From Somniosus microcephalus (taxonomy: Eukaryota), in NCBI GenBank assembly GCA_052327205.1, contig CM126206.1, positions 118,172,001 through 118,236,000 on the forward strand: 64,000 bases of DNA, in the 5' to 3' direction. How positions within the stretch are numbered: position 1 is the first letter of the stretch; the number at the start of each line of letters is the position of its first letter. The translations under genes and the position numbers were made by a program. The notes below the pieces were generated by a model. The model had not been told where the DNA came from. It worked only from the letters and a program-made list of their open reading frames with translations, and did not search any database. Below, piece after piece: positions 34,370-46,982 of the stretch.

Positions 34370-35394
34370 GTCAATATTTGAGAAACCCTGTGTCAATATT
34401 TCATCATTACACTTCAACTCAAAGCAAAACAGCAGTAAATCAGAGCTGAAGAGATAGGAAACCTACAAAGTCAAAAGCTAAGTAAGCAGCTAGAAAACTG
34501 AATCAGAAACTTCTAAAGACTTGCAACAGTCAATCATGAATGACATGCCATTATCCACTATAACTGAAATTTATCATATCCAAAATAAGGTTTTAAACAA
34601 AACAATTGCATATTTTACAATATGACTAAATTTACTGATTGAATTTTTTTTGTGTCTTAATGCCTTCCTTAGTTTTTACTTGAAGGCCTCCGTCTCTTCC
34701 AGAAGCCTAGGCCTGTGCTAGATATTTTTGCCCCAAGCAGTTAGCTGCAGACATGTCCTACAAACAAGGTATGTTTCCCAGGATGCATCAGTGGCTAATT
34801 TAGTTAGCCAAATAACCATGTGATTTTTCAGTCTCTAATTTATCTATTTTGGTTTTTTTTTTCAAATTTATTTCAAGAAGAGCTGGAGGACAAAGTTTGA
34901 AAACTTTATTCAGATAAAGTTTATATTGAGTTTTTAAAAATCAGAAAACAGATTTTCCTACATAGCTTCAATAAATAGGTCTTTTAAGCATATAATTAAT
35001 CTGAACTCAAACAATCCCCTCCTGCAACATTGGAGATCTGTTTACTCATTTCAAATTTTTTAAATATTCAATCCCTCAATGAGGCTTTCGAGTAGACTCT
35101 TAAAATTAAGTTTTTTTGAGGTGCAAGGAAACTAATAGGCACTTTTTAAAAGCTTTTAAATAGCAGTTTTTTGTTAATTTACTAAAACTAACTACTGTAC
35201 ACCAATATAACTAGTAAATGAGTAGTTTTTTAAAGTCATTTTCAGTTATTTAAAATCGGGATACTCACAGGTGGTGGACCAGACACTCTTATTTAAAAAT
35301 GTTCATTTTTTGTGATAAACACATTTTCAGCTGTGCTAATAAAACTGTATTTGGTTACCACTCTTAAATATATCAAGGAATGTTTTTAATGCCA

Positions 35395-35548
35395 AATTTA
35401 ACGATTGCGTTGGTTCATGGATGATTTTACGGTCAGCGATATGCAAGTGAGTTTGATCGGAAAGTTGAGCAAAAGAAACCACTTCTTAAAACTAGTGCAA
35501 TTTGCGCCCCGGATTGCCGATTGCGCCCAAAGCAGAAACTCTTGGCCA
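35395..35548 (-). mobile_element. MITE-like terminal fragment, related to 58771-58925
   Basis: Reverse complement GCTTTGGGCGCAATC...GGGCGCAAATTGC...TTTCCGATCAAAC matches 58785-58875. Confidence 0.55.
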
Positions 35549-36864
35549 TGGCTTCTCCAGCCCAACTGGGTTGAATTTCTGTTTTTCCCTGCACTCAACG
35601 TTGTGTGTAGCTGTGTAGTTTTCGAAGGTAACAATCAATTAAAAGATAGCTATCGGGAAATTAAACAAACCCTTCAAGTAGGAACCTTTCTGTCATTTTC
35701 TTTCCATGTATTATGGAGGAGAGGAAAATTCTGCCTTCTACATAATAAAAAGTTGTGGTATTTTATTCAGGCTGCTAAGCAACTAACCACAGCAGTGTCC
35801 ACCCACATAACTGCTAAATTTAAACATACCATCACTCCCCTCTTTACTAAAGCTGGATGAGCTGAAGGAAACTATACTGAGACCAAATATGTGGCTCTGA
35901 CCCAATTTGGGATTCATTTAAATAGATGGCCATAAGCCAAACACAATAAACCAACAGTTACAAGTGTGCTTAGTAACTACTGTACTGAACTCTGCAACAG
36001 TCACTGACTGGTAGAACTGCCAATAGTGTGACAGCCACCACAATCAGTTTCTGCACAGCCTGGTTGTAGTGCAGGGCGAAGATAAAGTGATTCAATAGCT
36101 TGTCGAGGGAAGGGATACCATGGAGTTTCAGAAAGTGGCATTTATTACAACTTACATAATGCAAAATTAATGGGAAGGAGTAGCTCAGGGAAAAGTGATA
36201 GTGATCAAGACTGTTTAAAAGCTTTTGTAAAGATTCTGTGTGCTCGAGGGATTTGGTCTGCACCGTTTTCTTCCAGCAACCTTGAAGGCACCTTATCTAG
36301 CTAATTTTAAATCAAAAACAGATCAAACTTGAGGTTTTGGCTAGTTCCGCATGGATATCAGGATTCTACTTTGGAAATAGTGACATTTATGGCTAGAAAC
36401 TGAATGTTTCCCTCTCTTTTCCACCCCCTATGAACCATTCTCCATGAGTTTAGAAAACTGCATTGAAGATTTAGGGCTAGAAATTTGTTATAGCCAAGGA
36501 ATGGGCGGTGTCAGTAGAAAAGTTGGAGAATTAGCGCCAGGCACAAATGCTTTAGACTGCACGCAAAATTCGTCCTCACTACTCAATAAAATGATTGGAG
36601 TCCTAAATCGAGTCTTAAAACCCAAGCTCATTGGCGTTAAACTTAAAGGGTGGACCAATATCGGGTGCAGTCTAATCTCAACTCATTGCCACAGGCTTTT
36701 TTCACTACTTAAAGGGGAGGCTCATTGCCACAGGCTTCACTACTTAAAGGGGAGGTTCATTGATGCTGCAGCACCTCATTCTCAGCATTGCTGGCTGTGA
36801 AGCTGCCTCAGCAAGGAGAAGCACAACAAGGAGAAGGAGCCAGAGGACTGAACCAGGTGTGCTC

Positions 36865-37107
36865 ATGGCAGGTCCATGTCACAGGGAGAGAACCTGCAGA
36901 TTCTCCAAGGAAGCACTGGAGGCATTGGTTTTCGCTGTGGAGAGACGGAGGGTGGTGCTCTACCCAGCAAGTGGCAGGAGCCCCTTAGCACAAGTCTTCC
37001 ACACCATGTGGAGGGAGGTAGTGCAGCATGTCTCGGGCAACACTGTGGTCCCCAGGGCCCACACACAGTGCAGGAAGAAATTTAATGACCTCACTCGGGT
37101 GGGCAGG
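36865..37107 (+). pseudogene. Myb/SANT exon 1 of Harbinger C
   Basis: MAGPCHRERTCRFSKEALEALVFAVERRRVVLYP...WREVVQHVSG...TQCRKKFNDLTRVGR; the donor site appears mutated to ATGAGT. Confidence 0.85.
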
Positions 37108-37464
37108 ATGAGTGAATGCTTCAACAAATGCTTAAACAACAACATACCATCTGTACCACAATCTTCACACACTGCCCAAAGCACCACACCCCCAGCACTC
37201 AGCCATCAACAATCTCTACCTAGCAACACTCACAACCACATCTCACACCTTGCACACAATGACAGCTATTCAACTATGGCATGCACAAGGGTCATTAGTT
37301 ATTAGAATTCATGTGATACATTATAGATAAATTTATTAATGGCGTTTCGAATAGTTTGTGGTCTCTCTCATTTCATCTTTGTGCCCAGGAGGACGCTGTG
37401 ATACAATATGAGACAGGGATTGTATGATGGGTATGTGGTGAGCTACGGGGATCTGGGATTTCAT

Positions 37465-38653
37465 TCATGTGAATCCGAGTCTGATGAATCGGTCACGGAC
37501 AGCCTGCCCAGAAGGCCGATTGTCTCACTGCCTCCTCCCTCCCTCCTGTTCATCCTCATCCTCTTCCTCTTCGTCCTCCTGCTCATCCGCATGCTCCCCT
37601 GTCTTGTCCTCCTCCTGAGGTGGTCCCGCAATCCCTGCTGGCAAGGACTGGGCCGTCCTGATGGCCAAGTTGTGAATCATGCAGCAGACCACTACGAAAT
37701 GGGACACCCACTCAGCCGAATACTGAAGGGCTCTCCCGAGCAGTCAAGGCAGCAGAACCATTGCTTCAATAAGCCGATGGGCTGCTTGATGATGTTTCTG
37801 GTGGCAGCATAGCTCTCATTATATGAGTGCTGGGCACAAGTGTTGCGGTTGCAGAGTGGAGTTATGAGCCAGATGGAGAGGGGTTAGCTCTTGTTTCAGA
37901 GCAGCCACCCTCAAGCTTGACGTGGTGACTGGAAGAGAGCTGGCACACCGTTCTGGTGCAGGATGAAGACATAGTGGCTGCTGCCAGGATAACGAGCATT
38001 GACATTAGGGATTAGCTGTCTGTGGTCGCACACCAACTGCACATTAAGTGAGTGGTAGCCTTTGCAGTTACAGAAGATCTCAGGATTGTTATGCGGTGCC
38101 TGCAAAGCCACGTGGGTGCAGTTGATGGTGCCCTGCACTATGGGGAAGCCCGCTATCATGGCAAAGCTACCTGCACGTTCGTGCTGCTTCTCTGGTGATC
38201 GGGAAGCCAGTGTAGTCCCTTCTCCTACTGTAGAGAACCTCAGTGACCTCCCGCCTCCCGGATGCAATGATGGACGGCGAACTGCGAGATGTTAGCTATG
38301 TCTCCTGTTGCAGACTGGAAGGATCCACTGGCAAAGAAATGGAGGGCCACAGTGACCTTGACTGCCACTGGGAGAGCTGTGGTCGCCCTGGTCTGAGGCT
38401 GGAGGTCTGGTTGCAGAAGGTGGCAGAGGTCTGTGACCACCTCCTTGGTGAAGCGAAGTCTTCTAATACACTGCTCCTTGCTTAATTGATGGTAGGAGAA
38501 GTGCTCTCTGAATACCCTCGGAGGGTAAGGCCTCCTGGTGAGAGCCCTAATGTCCCTCCTCATCTCTCTGCGCACATGTTCCCATCTTTCTCGCTGTCCA
38601 TGCTCCCACCGCTGTAGCTCCTGGAGGGCGAGGTGGCACCAGTACAGCCCCAT
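37465..38653 (-). pseudogene. Harbinger transposase of element C, frameshifted
   Basis: RRPYPPRVFRE...VAVKVTVALHFFASGSFQ (38240-38665); TINCTHVAL...[13 protein letters not shown] (37911-38267); VVCCMIHNL (37525-37707). Confidence 0.9.
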
Positions 38654-39711
38654 TAATGTTACCAAGTGTAGTAGTTTGATTCTTTGAAGAATAAATGTAG
38701 CTACTTTTTAGTTGCCACAAAACTCCTGATACAAAAGAACCTTGAAATTACTGAATGAAACTACTGCAGTATGTAAAACTGACAAGAAACCACTGAAACT
38801 GCACTAACCTGACAGCTACGAGTGATTACCGATGATCCCTTTAAATAACGTCCCTGGAGCCGGCTTCCTGGTGCTTCACGCCAGCTCTCCCTGTCGGTGT
38901 TTACTTCAGGCGCTAAGGTAGGTGGCGAGAATCAATTTTGCAGATCAGACGGTCAGTGAACGTTGCACACTCACTGACGTCATGATCCCGCTGGCGTTGA
39001 AGTTCCTGGCAATACCTCTTACCGGCGGCGCTATGGGGGGTGGGATTTAGCGTGCGGCGCTGGATTCACCTTGCCCCAGCAATACTGGCCTAGAACCCCA
39101 TTAGCACCATCTGGTGTTAACGGGAGGCGCCAAGGGGACGAATTTTTCCCCCTTGGGATTTAATAAGTGATTATAGTGACATTTCAGGTAGAAGACCAAT
39201 GGCTCATCTAGTCTGCCAATTATCCCTTTTCTTTCCTATGAGATTGATACTTAGAAAATTCAGTAACCATAAATCCCTAATGCCAGGAACTGGTCTATTT
39301 TCTTTTGACAACCCCATAGCTTTTAAACAGAAGAAATCTTGTTTAAAGACCTGTTACGCAGGCAAAGTACAAAAATGTTGCTGATGCTCTGTATATTTAA
39401 AAAAAAATTATACTGCTTACCAAAGAAACTAAATGTGAAATTAAATTTTCTCTGAATGTGCCTCACTCACTGTACAGCAGTGGTTTTCAAATATTCATGC
39501 GCCAGATACACTGCAAGTATTTTTTTTCAAACTCCCAGGATCTATAGGAAATGCTGATGCTGCCTGTGCTTCCCTCTTTTACCTTCTGAAAGACTGAGTC
39601 AGCTATCAAAAAGGAAAACAATGCCATCAATGCAGAAGATTATTTCTGTTGCTGAAACTTATCTGCTAATAAATCAGAAAATGCAGAAAAATTCATTCAA
39701 TCTGATGATCC

Positions 39712-39935
39712 GTTGGGGGAGGCTGGGGCAGTCCTCGTCGTTCCCCCCGCCCCTCTCCCCCACCGCTGCCAGGAGCAAGAAAGCACAAAGATGTGCCCAA
39801 GGGGCACTTGGGCACGCCTGGTCCATGCAAATGAGGTACCGTCCCATTGACGCCTACAAACTCTGTGTTGGAGGACTCTGCCGAGCTTGATCGCGGCACA
39901 GCTGTCGGCATCGCAATCCGTGGAATTTCAGAGCC
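39712..39935. mobile_element. GC-rich Harbinger-type MITE fragment
   Basis: GC-rich island ending in GGAATTTCAGAGCC, resembling other Harbinger right ends in this window. Confidence 0.45.
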
Positions 39936-40656
39936 ACTTTGATTTATCGGGGTAGAAATCTGTTACAACCACAGCTAACTGAAGTCAATTTTAACTGGAT
40001 GTTGTTTTATCTAAAGTCATAAAAATGATAAAATGCATAAATTTAAGTCTCAATGTACATGTGATAATTTCTTATAAGGCAACTGCACTGTTGTTAGCTT
40101 TAGTTTTGGGTCACAGGGTTGGTGAACTGCAAGCCCTTCCTTGTAAGTCGTCTATTTTCAATTTGGCATTCTTACTGGGCAGCCCTTTGGGGTCACATGG
40201 AGTTTCTATCAATAGTTGCTACTCCGTTTCATTTGATGAAGACATTATTGCGCCATCATTTACCCTCTGCCTCACCAGTCAGGAAGAGAGCTTGGTTTTC
40301 ACTGTATCGATGTTTGTAGTGCCTGAAGCTGTTGTGTTTCTTGCACAAAGCAGTCCTGGAAGTCCTGACTAACTTAAGTTAATGATCTGAGGTCACTGTT
40401 ACCATCTTGCAGCAGAGTTGTCCAGGGGACAGGTTAAAGGTCACACCATTGCTTCTCTGTCTGCTTCCTAAATGTCTGTTAATCAGGTTCTGGTAGTATT
40501 TACAACGCTGCCACGTGGAGTATTTATTGCACATTGTAACAAACTGTCTAGATTTTGTTGCTGCATATAATTTTTTTGGCTTGTCCGAGAAGCTGGTGTT
40601 ACGGCTCCTTTTGCGGAAGCTCCTCCCAACTGCATTCCTGAAACTTGACATTCTTC

Positions 40657-41130
40657 GGGGTCAATTTTAACTCTGGGTGGGAATCGGGGTTACAGGGCTG
40701 AAGCGGACAGTGATCTGTCTGCACCCCGGAGTGTGAGGCCTGGGAGATTTTAACTTGTGCGCCTTATTTGCATCTCCCTATGCTGACTCCCACCGAAGGC
40801 TGGTGGGTGGAAGTGTGAAGTTGCGCAGTGGCAGGCAGGCCTATGGTAACAGTCCCCAGCAATGCATGTTAGGAGGGGGCGGTGGGGGCAGGGAGGGGTG
40901 GCATTCGGAACTACTGCAGTCAGGGGAAGGGGTGGGAGAAGCCAGGGTGGCCCAAGGTCTCCTTGTGGGGCCAGGACGAGCCTTTTAAAAATAATAAAAA
41001 GAACTTAGCTGGGCCTCTTGCTGCAATGCTGCCTGCATTTTTAGCTTGCAGTTAAAATGGCGTGTGCATCCAAAAGACTTCATCAGATCGCGACTTCGCC
41101 ATTTAAATTAGGCCCCGCTTGTCTGAGGAG
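40657..41130. mobile_element. Harbinger-type MITE, truncated by L2
   Basis: Starts GGGGTCAATTTTAAC; GC-rich body with ATTTGCAT and ATTTAAAT motifs like other MITEs here. Confidence 0.5.
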
Positions 41131-41132
41131 GG

Positions 41133-41655
41133 TGACCAAAAGCTTGGTCAAAGTTTTAAGAAGGGTTGTAAATGAGTAACAAGAAGTGGAAAGGCCAGAG
41201 GGGCTTAGGAAGGGAATTCCAGAGTATGGTGCCTAGGCTGCTGGGGCAAAGGGGGGAATGCACAAGAGGCCAGTCGGAGGTGTAGAGAGTTCTAGGGCCG
41301 GGGAATGGGGGAGGCACGGGGGAGAGAGTGAAGCAGGTTAGAGCTGGGGGCCACTAAGGGATTTAAAACACGATGAGAATTTTAAATTTGAGATATTGGA
41401 GGACCGGGTGTCCACGTAGGTCAACAAGGATGGGAGTGATGGGTGAGCGGGACTTTGTGCGGGATAGGTTTTGGGCAGCAGAGTTTTGGTTGAGTTAAAG
41501 TTTATTGACGGTGGAGGTTGGGAGGGCAGCCAGTCTGGAAGTGACAAATGCATGGACGAGGGTTTCAGCAGCAGATGGACTGAGGATGGGGTGGAGATAA
41601 ATTATGCTACAGAGGTGCAAGTAGGCGGTCTTTATGATTGAGAGGATATGGAGTA
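41133..41655 (-). mobile_element. L2 LINE 3' fragment
   Basis: TGACCAAAAGCTTGGTCAAAG shared with 46750. Minus-strand remnants resemble L2 ORF2 (HITPILVDLRG...RFKILIVF). Confidence 0.75.
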
Positions 41656-41724
41656 ACATTCTATCTATAATGTAATATTTTTATGTGTGCTAAGCACATT
41701 GTTTTCCCAGAATTAATTAAGAAA

Positions 41725-42316
41725 ATTACAAAAGCAAGGAAGTTATGGTAAACCTTTATAAATCACTGGTTAGGTCTCGACTAAAATATTGTGTCCATTT
41801 CTGGGCACCACACTTCAGAAAGGATGTCAAGGCCATGGAGAGGATGGAGAGAAGATTTACCAGAAGAGGGACTTCGGTTATGTTGGGACAGAGCAGCTGG
41901 GATTGTCCTCCTTAGAACAGAGAGGGATAAGGTGAGACTTGATAGAGGTGTTCAAAATTGAGGGGTTTTGATAGAGTAGATGGGGAGAAACTGTTTCCAT
42001 TGGCAAGGGGGGTCTGTAACCAGAGGACACAGATTTAAGATAATTGGCAAAAGATCCAGGGGGCATCGGAGAGATTTTTTTACGCAGCGAGTTATTATGA
42101 TCTGGAATGCACTACCTGAAAAGGTGGTGGAAGCAGATTCAATAGTAACTTTCAAAAGGGAATTGGATAAATACTTGAAAAGTAGAAATTTGTAGGGCTA
42201 TGGGGAAAGAGCAGTGGGGTGGGACTAATTGGATAACTCTTTCAAAGAGCCGGCACAGGCACAATAGGCCGAATGGTCGCCTGCTGTGCTGTATGATTTT
42301 ATGATTCTATTCTATG
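41725..42316 (+). mobile_element. CR1 3' fragment
   Basis: TRGHRFKI...FFTQRVIMIWNALPEKVVEADSIVTFKRELDKYL; tail GGCCGAATGG...TATGATTCTATTCTATG. Confidence 0.88.
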
Positions 42317-42337
42317 AAGGTGATCTTAACTTCTTTA

Positions 42338-42855
42338 CATAAGAAATAGTAGTTGGTCCTTCGGGCCTGCTCCGCCATTCAATCGGACCATGGCTTATCT
42401 TCTACTTCAACTTCACTTTCCCGCCCTATCCCCACATCTCTTGATTCCCTTAGTGCCCAAAAATCTTATCGATCTCTGTCTTGAATATACTCAGCGACTG
42501 AGCCTCCACAGCCCTCTGGAGTAGAGAATGCCAAAAAATTCACCACCCTCTGAGTGAAGAAATTTCTCCTCATCTCAGTCCTAAATGGCCGACCCCTTAT
42601 TCTGAGACTGTGACTCCTAGTTCTAGACTATCCAGCCAGGGTAACATCCTCCCAGCATCTATCATGTCGAGTCCCTTAAGAATTTTATACGTTTCAATGA
42701 GATCACCTCTCATTCATCTAAATTCTAGGGAAATAGGCCTCGTCAACTCAATCTCTCCTCATGGGAAATCCCCTCATCCCAGGAATCAGTCTAGTGAACC
42801 TTCATTGCACTCCCTCTAAGGCAAAAACCTATCCTTCCTTAGGCAAGGAGACCAG
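42338..42855 (-). mobile_element. CR1 3' fragment
   Basis: Colinear with 15942-16470; tail CATAAGAAATAG and body TTCAATGAGATCACCTCTCATTC. Confidence 0.9.
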
Positions 42856-43205
42856 AGGCCTGGACTAATAATCCGGAGAACGCAAGTTCCAATTCCACCA
42901 CGGCAGTTTGAGGATTTGATTTTGTATTTTTTTTAAAACTAGCATTAGTAAAAGTAACCAATGAAGTTAAAACCTAGCTATTTCTGGAATGTCCTTTTTA
43001 GGGAAGGAAACCTGTCATCATTGCTCAGTCTGGCCTATATGTGACTACAGTCACACACCAATGAAGTGGCCTAGCAAGCCACTCAGTTGTGCCAAACCAC
43101 TACAAAGAATCATTGTGGAGTATCTTTACCACATGGACTGCAAAAGTTCTAGAAGGCTTACCAGCACCTTCTTGGGGAAACTCGGGATGGGCAATAAATG
43201 GTGGG
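42856..43205 (+). mobile_element. tRNA-derived SINE with a Crack/L2B-like LINE tail
   Basis: Degenerate box B (AGTTCCAATTCC) at about 42885. The 3' part, 43115-43200, resembles the reverse complement of the LINE end at 4995-5075. Confidence 0.6.
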
Positions 43206-43444
43206 ATTTACCATTGGACTCTAGGCTTTCTGTATTTCAAATGATTCACTGCTACTTTAGCAGTTTCCCTAACTTAAAAATAGGACGTGATATCCTGCAT
43301 TTGCTGCCAGGGGATCATAACTTGGTAATCTGCCTTCTGTGTCACTGGATTCTGGTCTGATTCCATGGTAGCATAAAGAAGGGAAATTTTCCCTTTTTCC
43401 AGTAGATGTCAGAATTGCACTTGGTAATTAATCTGTCGTGTTTA

Positions 43445-43590
43445 TGTAAAAATAAAAAATGCTCAAAACTCTGAGCAGATCAGACAACATTGGTGGGGAG
43501 AACATACAAGTTAATGTTTCAGGTATAGACCCATCATCAGATCTGGAAAAAATTACAGTCTAACAGCATTTTAAAATAGAAGTGGGGAAA
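43445..43590 (-). mobile_element. Penelope terminal-repeat fragment
   Basis: Similar to 51121-51192 plus 54547-54620; contains a hammerhead-type core. Confidence 0.65.
43506..43546 (-). ncRNA. Minimal type-I hammerhead ribozyme motif (degenerate)
   Basis: Minus strand CCAGAT-CTGATGA-TGGGTCTATACCT-GAAAC-ATT-AACT; stem II GGT/ACC; stem I imperfect. Confidence 0.6.
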
Positions 43591-43593
43591 ACG

Positions 43594-43615
43594 CACACAC
43601 ACACACACACACACA
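43594..43615. repeat. (CA)n microsatellite
   Basis: About 11 CA units. Confidence 0.9.
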
Positions 43616-44009
43616 TCTCTGTTGGGTTCTTAAATGGAAAACAGGAGAAGATAGATTATTCTGGGTCAAAGAGGGTATAGTGAAAACCTGTCCAGGGGTG
43701 AGTTAAGAAGGAGCAATTAAGTGGGAGGAAAGTGAAGAGAACAAGAGCTAAGCTGGTATCCAAATATTTTGTGCTTTTGTTTGATTTTCAGCTTCAGCTA
43801 TTTTGTTTTTGGTAGATTGATTGTTGTATCTTAGGGCAGTGTTGTCCAATATATTAGCTACCAGCCACATGTGGATAATTGGGACTCCAGATGTAGCTAA
43901 TTGGATTTCCGATTAGTAAATGAGTAATAGACACCGTTGGCCAGGTGATCGCTGTACTTTGTATGATGTATGGATGTATACTAGTGTGTTTCATGGTAAA
44001 ATGGTAAGA

Positions 44010-44417
44010 CGAAAAGCAGAGCCCGTGCGGCTCCCAGCCCCGGATCTTCTTCCGACGCCTCCCCCCCCCCCTTGCTGCTGCTGCCACCCCCAATTGTCAT
44101 CGGACCCCCCCCCCCAACCCAACCGCTGCTGCTGCTGCCACTCCCGATTGTTACCGGACCCTCCTGCCGCCGCTGCTGCTGCTGCTCTCGGCCCCCATGT
44201 GATTCTTCCCTCTCTCCTCTGTGCGGCCTAGTGCCGCAGGCCTTCCCGCCTGACTTCTCAATCTGGCTGGCTGCGGGTGGGAAACAGAGGCTTCCCATTC
44301 AAATGAGGCCCTGCCATTAAATTTGGCAGGGCCTGCGGGAAACCCGTTCTCCCAGGTTTCCCTGCCACCTTGGAACCCCGCCGTCCCCAACCTGCATTTT
44401 CCATTAAAATTCAGCCC
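44010..44417. mobile_element. Harbinger-type MITE fragment
   Basis: GC-rich, with an internal tandem (GCT)n...CGGACCC unit; ends in AAAATTCAGCCC, the reverse complement of the 51193 TIR GGGCTGAATTTT. Confidence 0.6.
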
Positions 44418-45134
44418 TATGGGATTGGAGATGAGACCCACTTAGGAAGAGGGGGGATGGTGTGTGAGCTACAGGAATGATCAGAAGGATAATTGAGTCC
44501 TGAGGAGCAGACCTACGTGGGTGAAAATAGTTGGAGGCATTTCTAAGATGACAGAAGGATTTGGGTATTTTTTGTGATTTTTAAAAAAATATCTTTTTTG
44601 TTACTTCTATCTATAACTATCTCATTAAATTTTTTACATGGGTCACACACTCTTGAAAACTACTATGTAGTTTATTTTTGAATTCCAATGTAAAAATGTC
44701 CCCATTTATCAGTTGAATTTTCCTGTGATGACAGTAAATGGTGCTTTTAATAGGATTTCTATTGTTAATCTGGACAGTGGGCTCCCGTGGCTCCCTGTTG
44801 CACTGCCACTTGATCATGTATTTCTTTTTCCTCGCAAATCACTCAATGCTTTCTGAAAATTGCCAAGTACATTTACTGCAATAACCCAATTCAATTCATC
44901 CACTGTCATTTTGTTTTTGCCTTTCAATGCCTTAATTAAAGTTTTGCGGAGGGCATCAACTTCCCCCAAGACTAGGCTTTGATTACTCTTGCATGGAGCT
45001 ATGATTCTGCTACCTGGATGCAAATTGTGCAGTTGTGGCAAGTGCTTTGTACCTACTTTTCCAGGATGCATCAGTAGTGTTCAGTTAACTGAGGATCTGG
45101 AGGACTAATGCCTAATAGAACATTAGCAGGGTTC

Positions 45135-46056
45135 ATAGAACCATAGAATAGGTACAGCACAGAAGAAGGCCATTTGGCCCGTCGAGCCCGTGCTGGCTCT
45201 ATGCAAGAGCACTTCAGCTAGTCCCACTCCCCACACTTTCCCCGTAGCCCTGCAAATATTTTTCCTTCGGGTACTTATCCAATTCCCTTTTGAAAGCCAC
45301 GATTGAGCCTGCCTCCACTTTCAGGCAGTGCATTCCAGATCCTAACCACTCGCTGCATACAAAAGTTTTTCCTCATGTTGCCTTTGGTTCTTTTGCCAAT
45401 CACCTTAAATCTGTGTCCTCAGGTTCTCGACCCTTCTCTATCTACTCTGTCTAGACCCCTCATGATTTCGAACACCTCCATCAAATCTCCTCTCAATCTT
45501 CTCTGCTCTAAGGAGAACAACCCCAGCATCTCTAGTCTATCCACGTAACTAAGTCCCTCATCCCTGGAACCACTCTCGTAAATCTTTTCTGCACCCTCTC
45601 GAAGGCTTCCACATCCTTCCTAAAGTGCGGTGCCCGGAATTGGACACAATACTCCAGTTGAGGCCGAACCAGTGTTTTATAAAGATTCATCATAACTTCC
45701 TTACTTTTGTACTCTATGTCTCGATTTATGAAACCCAGGATCCCGTATTCTTTTTTAACCGCTTTCTCAACCTGCCCTGCCACCTTCAACAATTTGTGCA
45801 CATGTACCCCCAGGTTTCTCTGTTCCTGCACCCCCTTTAGAATTGTACTCTTTAGTTTATATTGCCTCTTCTCGTTCTTCCTACCAAAATGTATCACTTC
45901 GCACTTTTCTGCGTTAAATTTCATCCGTCACGTATCCGCCCATTCCACCAGCCTGTCTATGTCCTCTTTAGGTCTGTACCTATCCTCCTCACTATACTTT
46001 CAAGTTTTGTGTCATCTGCAAATTTTGAAATTGTGCCCCGTACACCCAAGTCCAAG
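45135..46056 (-). mobile_element. CR1 3' fragment
   Basis: MKFNAEKCEVIHFGRKN...LVRPQLEYCVQF (45532-45924); FADD region at about 46010-46025; tail CATAGAACCATAGAA. Confidence 0.92.
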
Positions 46057-46647
46057 CTGGCATGGAACTCACCCAAAATTTAAGACATGAAATGCAGTTA
46101 TGCTTGGTTTTCACAGAGAGGCAGTGAAAAGGGGAGTAAGTCTGTTTAAGCAATTCCCTGTAACTGAGTGCATCTTTAACGAAGATCCTTGCCCATCAGG
46201 TTGATGGCATGCTATCCAGACCGGATTAGACCCTTTGTAGGTAAATTCACTAATTGAGTGTATCCATACATTTGAAGTCACAATCAAGGTATTCAAGATT
46301 TAACAATCCGCGTGATGAAGTTCGCACGCTGTGGTGGGACAGGGAAAATCAACTTAATTAACTCTTGCAGTTGTGGTGGATGCTTAAATGAAGAACTGAG
46401 GTTGTGTTGACTGACCATCTCGAAGCAAATTCCATAATCACTACAAACTATTCTTTGTTGAACTTCTTACCAACGTAATAAGAATTTGGCATTCTTCCAT
46501 GGTAAGGATCCTGGATTCTAACCATTAGAGGGTAACCATCATAATTCAAATGATCAAAACAGAATTCTGTACATTTTCTTCAAAAAGCAGTTCACACTTC
46601 TGACAATACCATCTTTAATTGGGTAATATTCAAGAGCCAGCTGAGCA

Positions 46648-46982
46648 GAACAACATGCATTTATATAGCGCCTTTAACGTAGTAAAAAGTCCCATGGCGC
46701 TTTACAAACAAAATTTGACACAGAGCCACATAAGGAGATATTCGGGCAGATGACCAAAAGCTTGGTCAAAGAGGTAGGTTTTAAGGAGCGTCTTAGAGGA
46801 GGAAAGAGAGGTAGTGAGGCGGAGAGGTTTAGGGAGGGAATTCCAGAGCTTAGGACCTAGGCAGCAGAAGGCATGGCCGCCAATGGTGGAGTGATTAAAA
46901 TCGAGGATGCTCCAAGAGACCAGAATGGCAGACTGCAGAGATCTTGGGGATTATAGGGCTGGAAGAGATTACAGAGATAGGT
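46648..46982 (-). mobile_element. L2 LINE 3' end
   Basis: AACAACATGCATTTATATAGCGCCTTTAACG...AGGGAGGGAATTCCAGAG (LWNSLP on minus). Confidence 0.8.

Larger units (their letters stand above)
36474..39152. mobile_element. Decayed, internally deleted PIF/Harbinger element C
   Basis: TIRs GGGCTAGAAATT (36474) and AATTTTTCCCCC (ends 39152), flanked by TTA and TTG. Myb/SANT exon on plus and transposase on minus. Confidence 0.88.

Noticed and set aside
35970-36263. 97-aa minus-strand ORF
   Set aside because: No motif, non-ATG start and no supporting splice structure.
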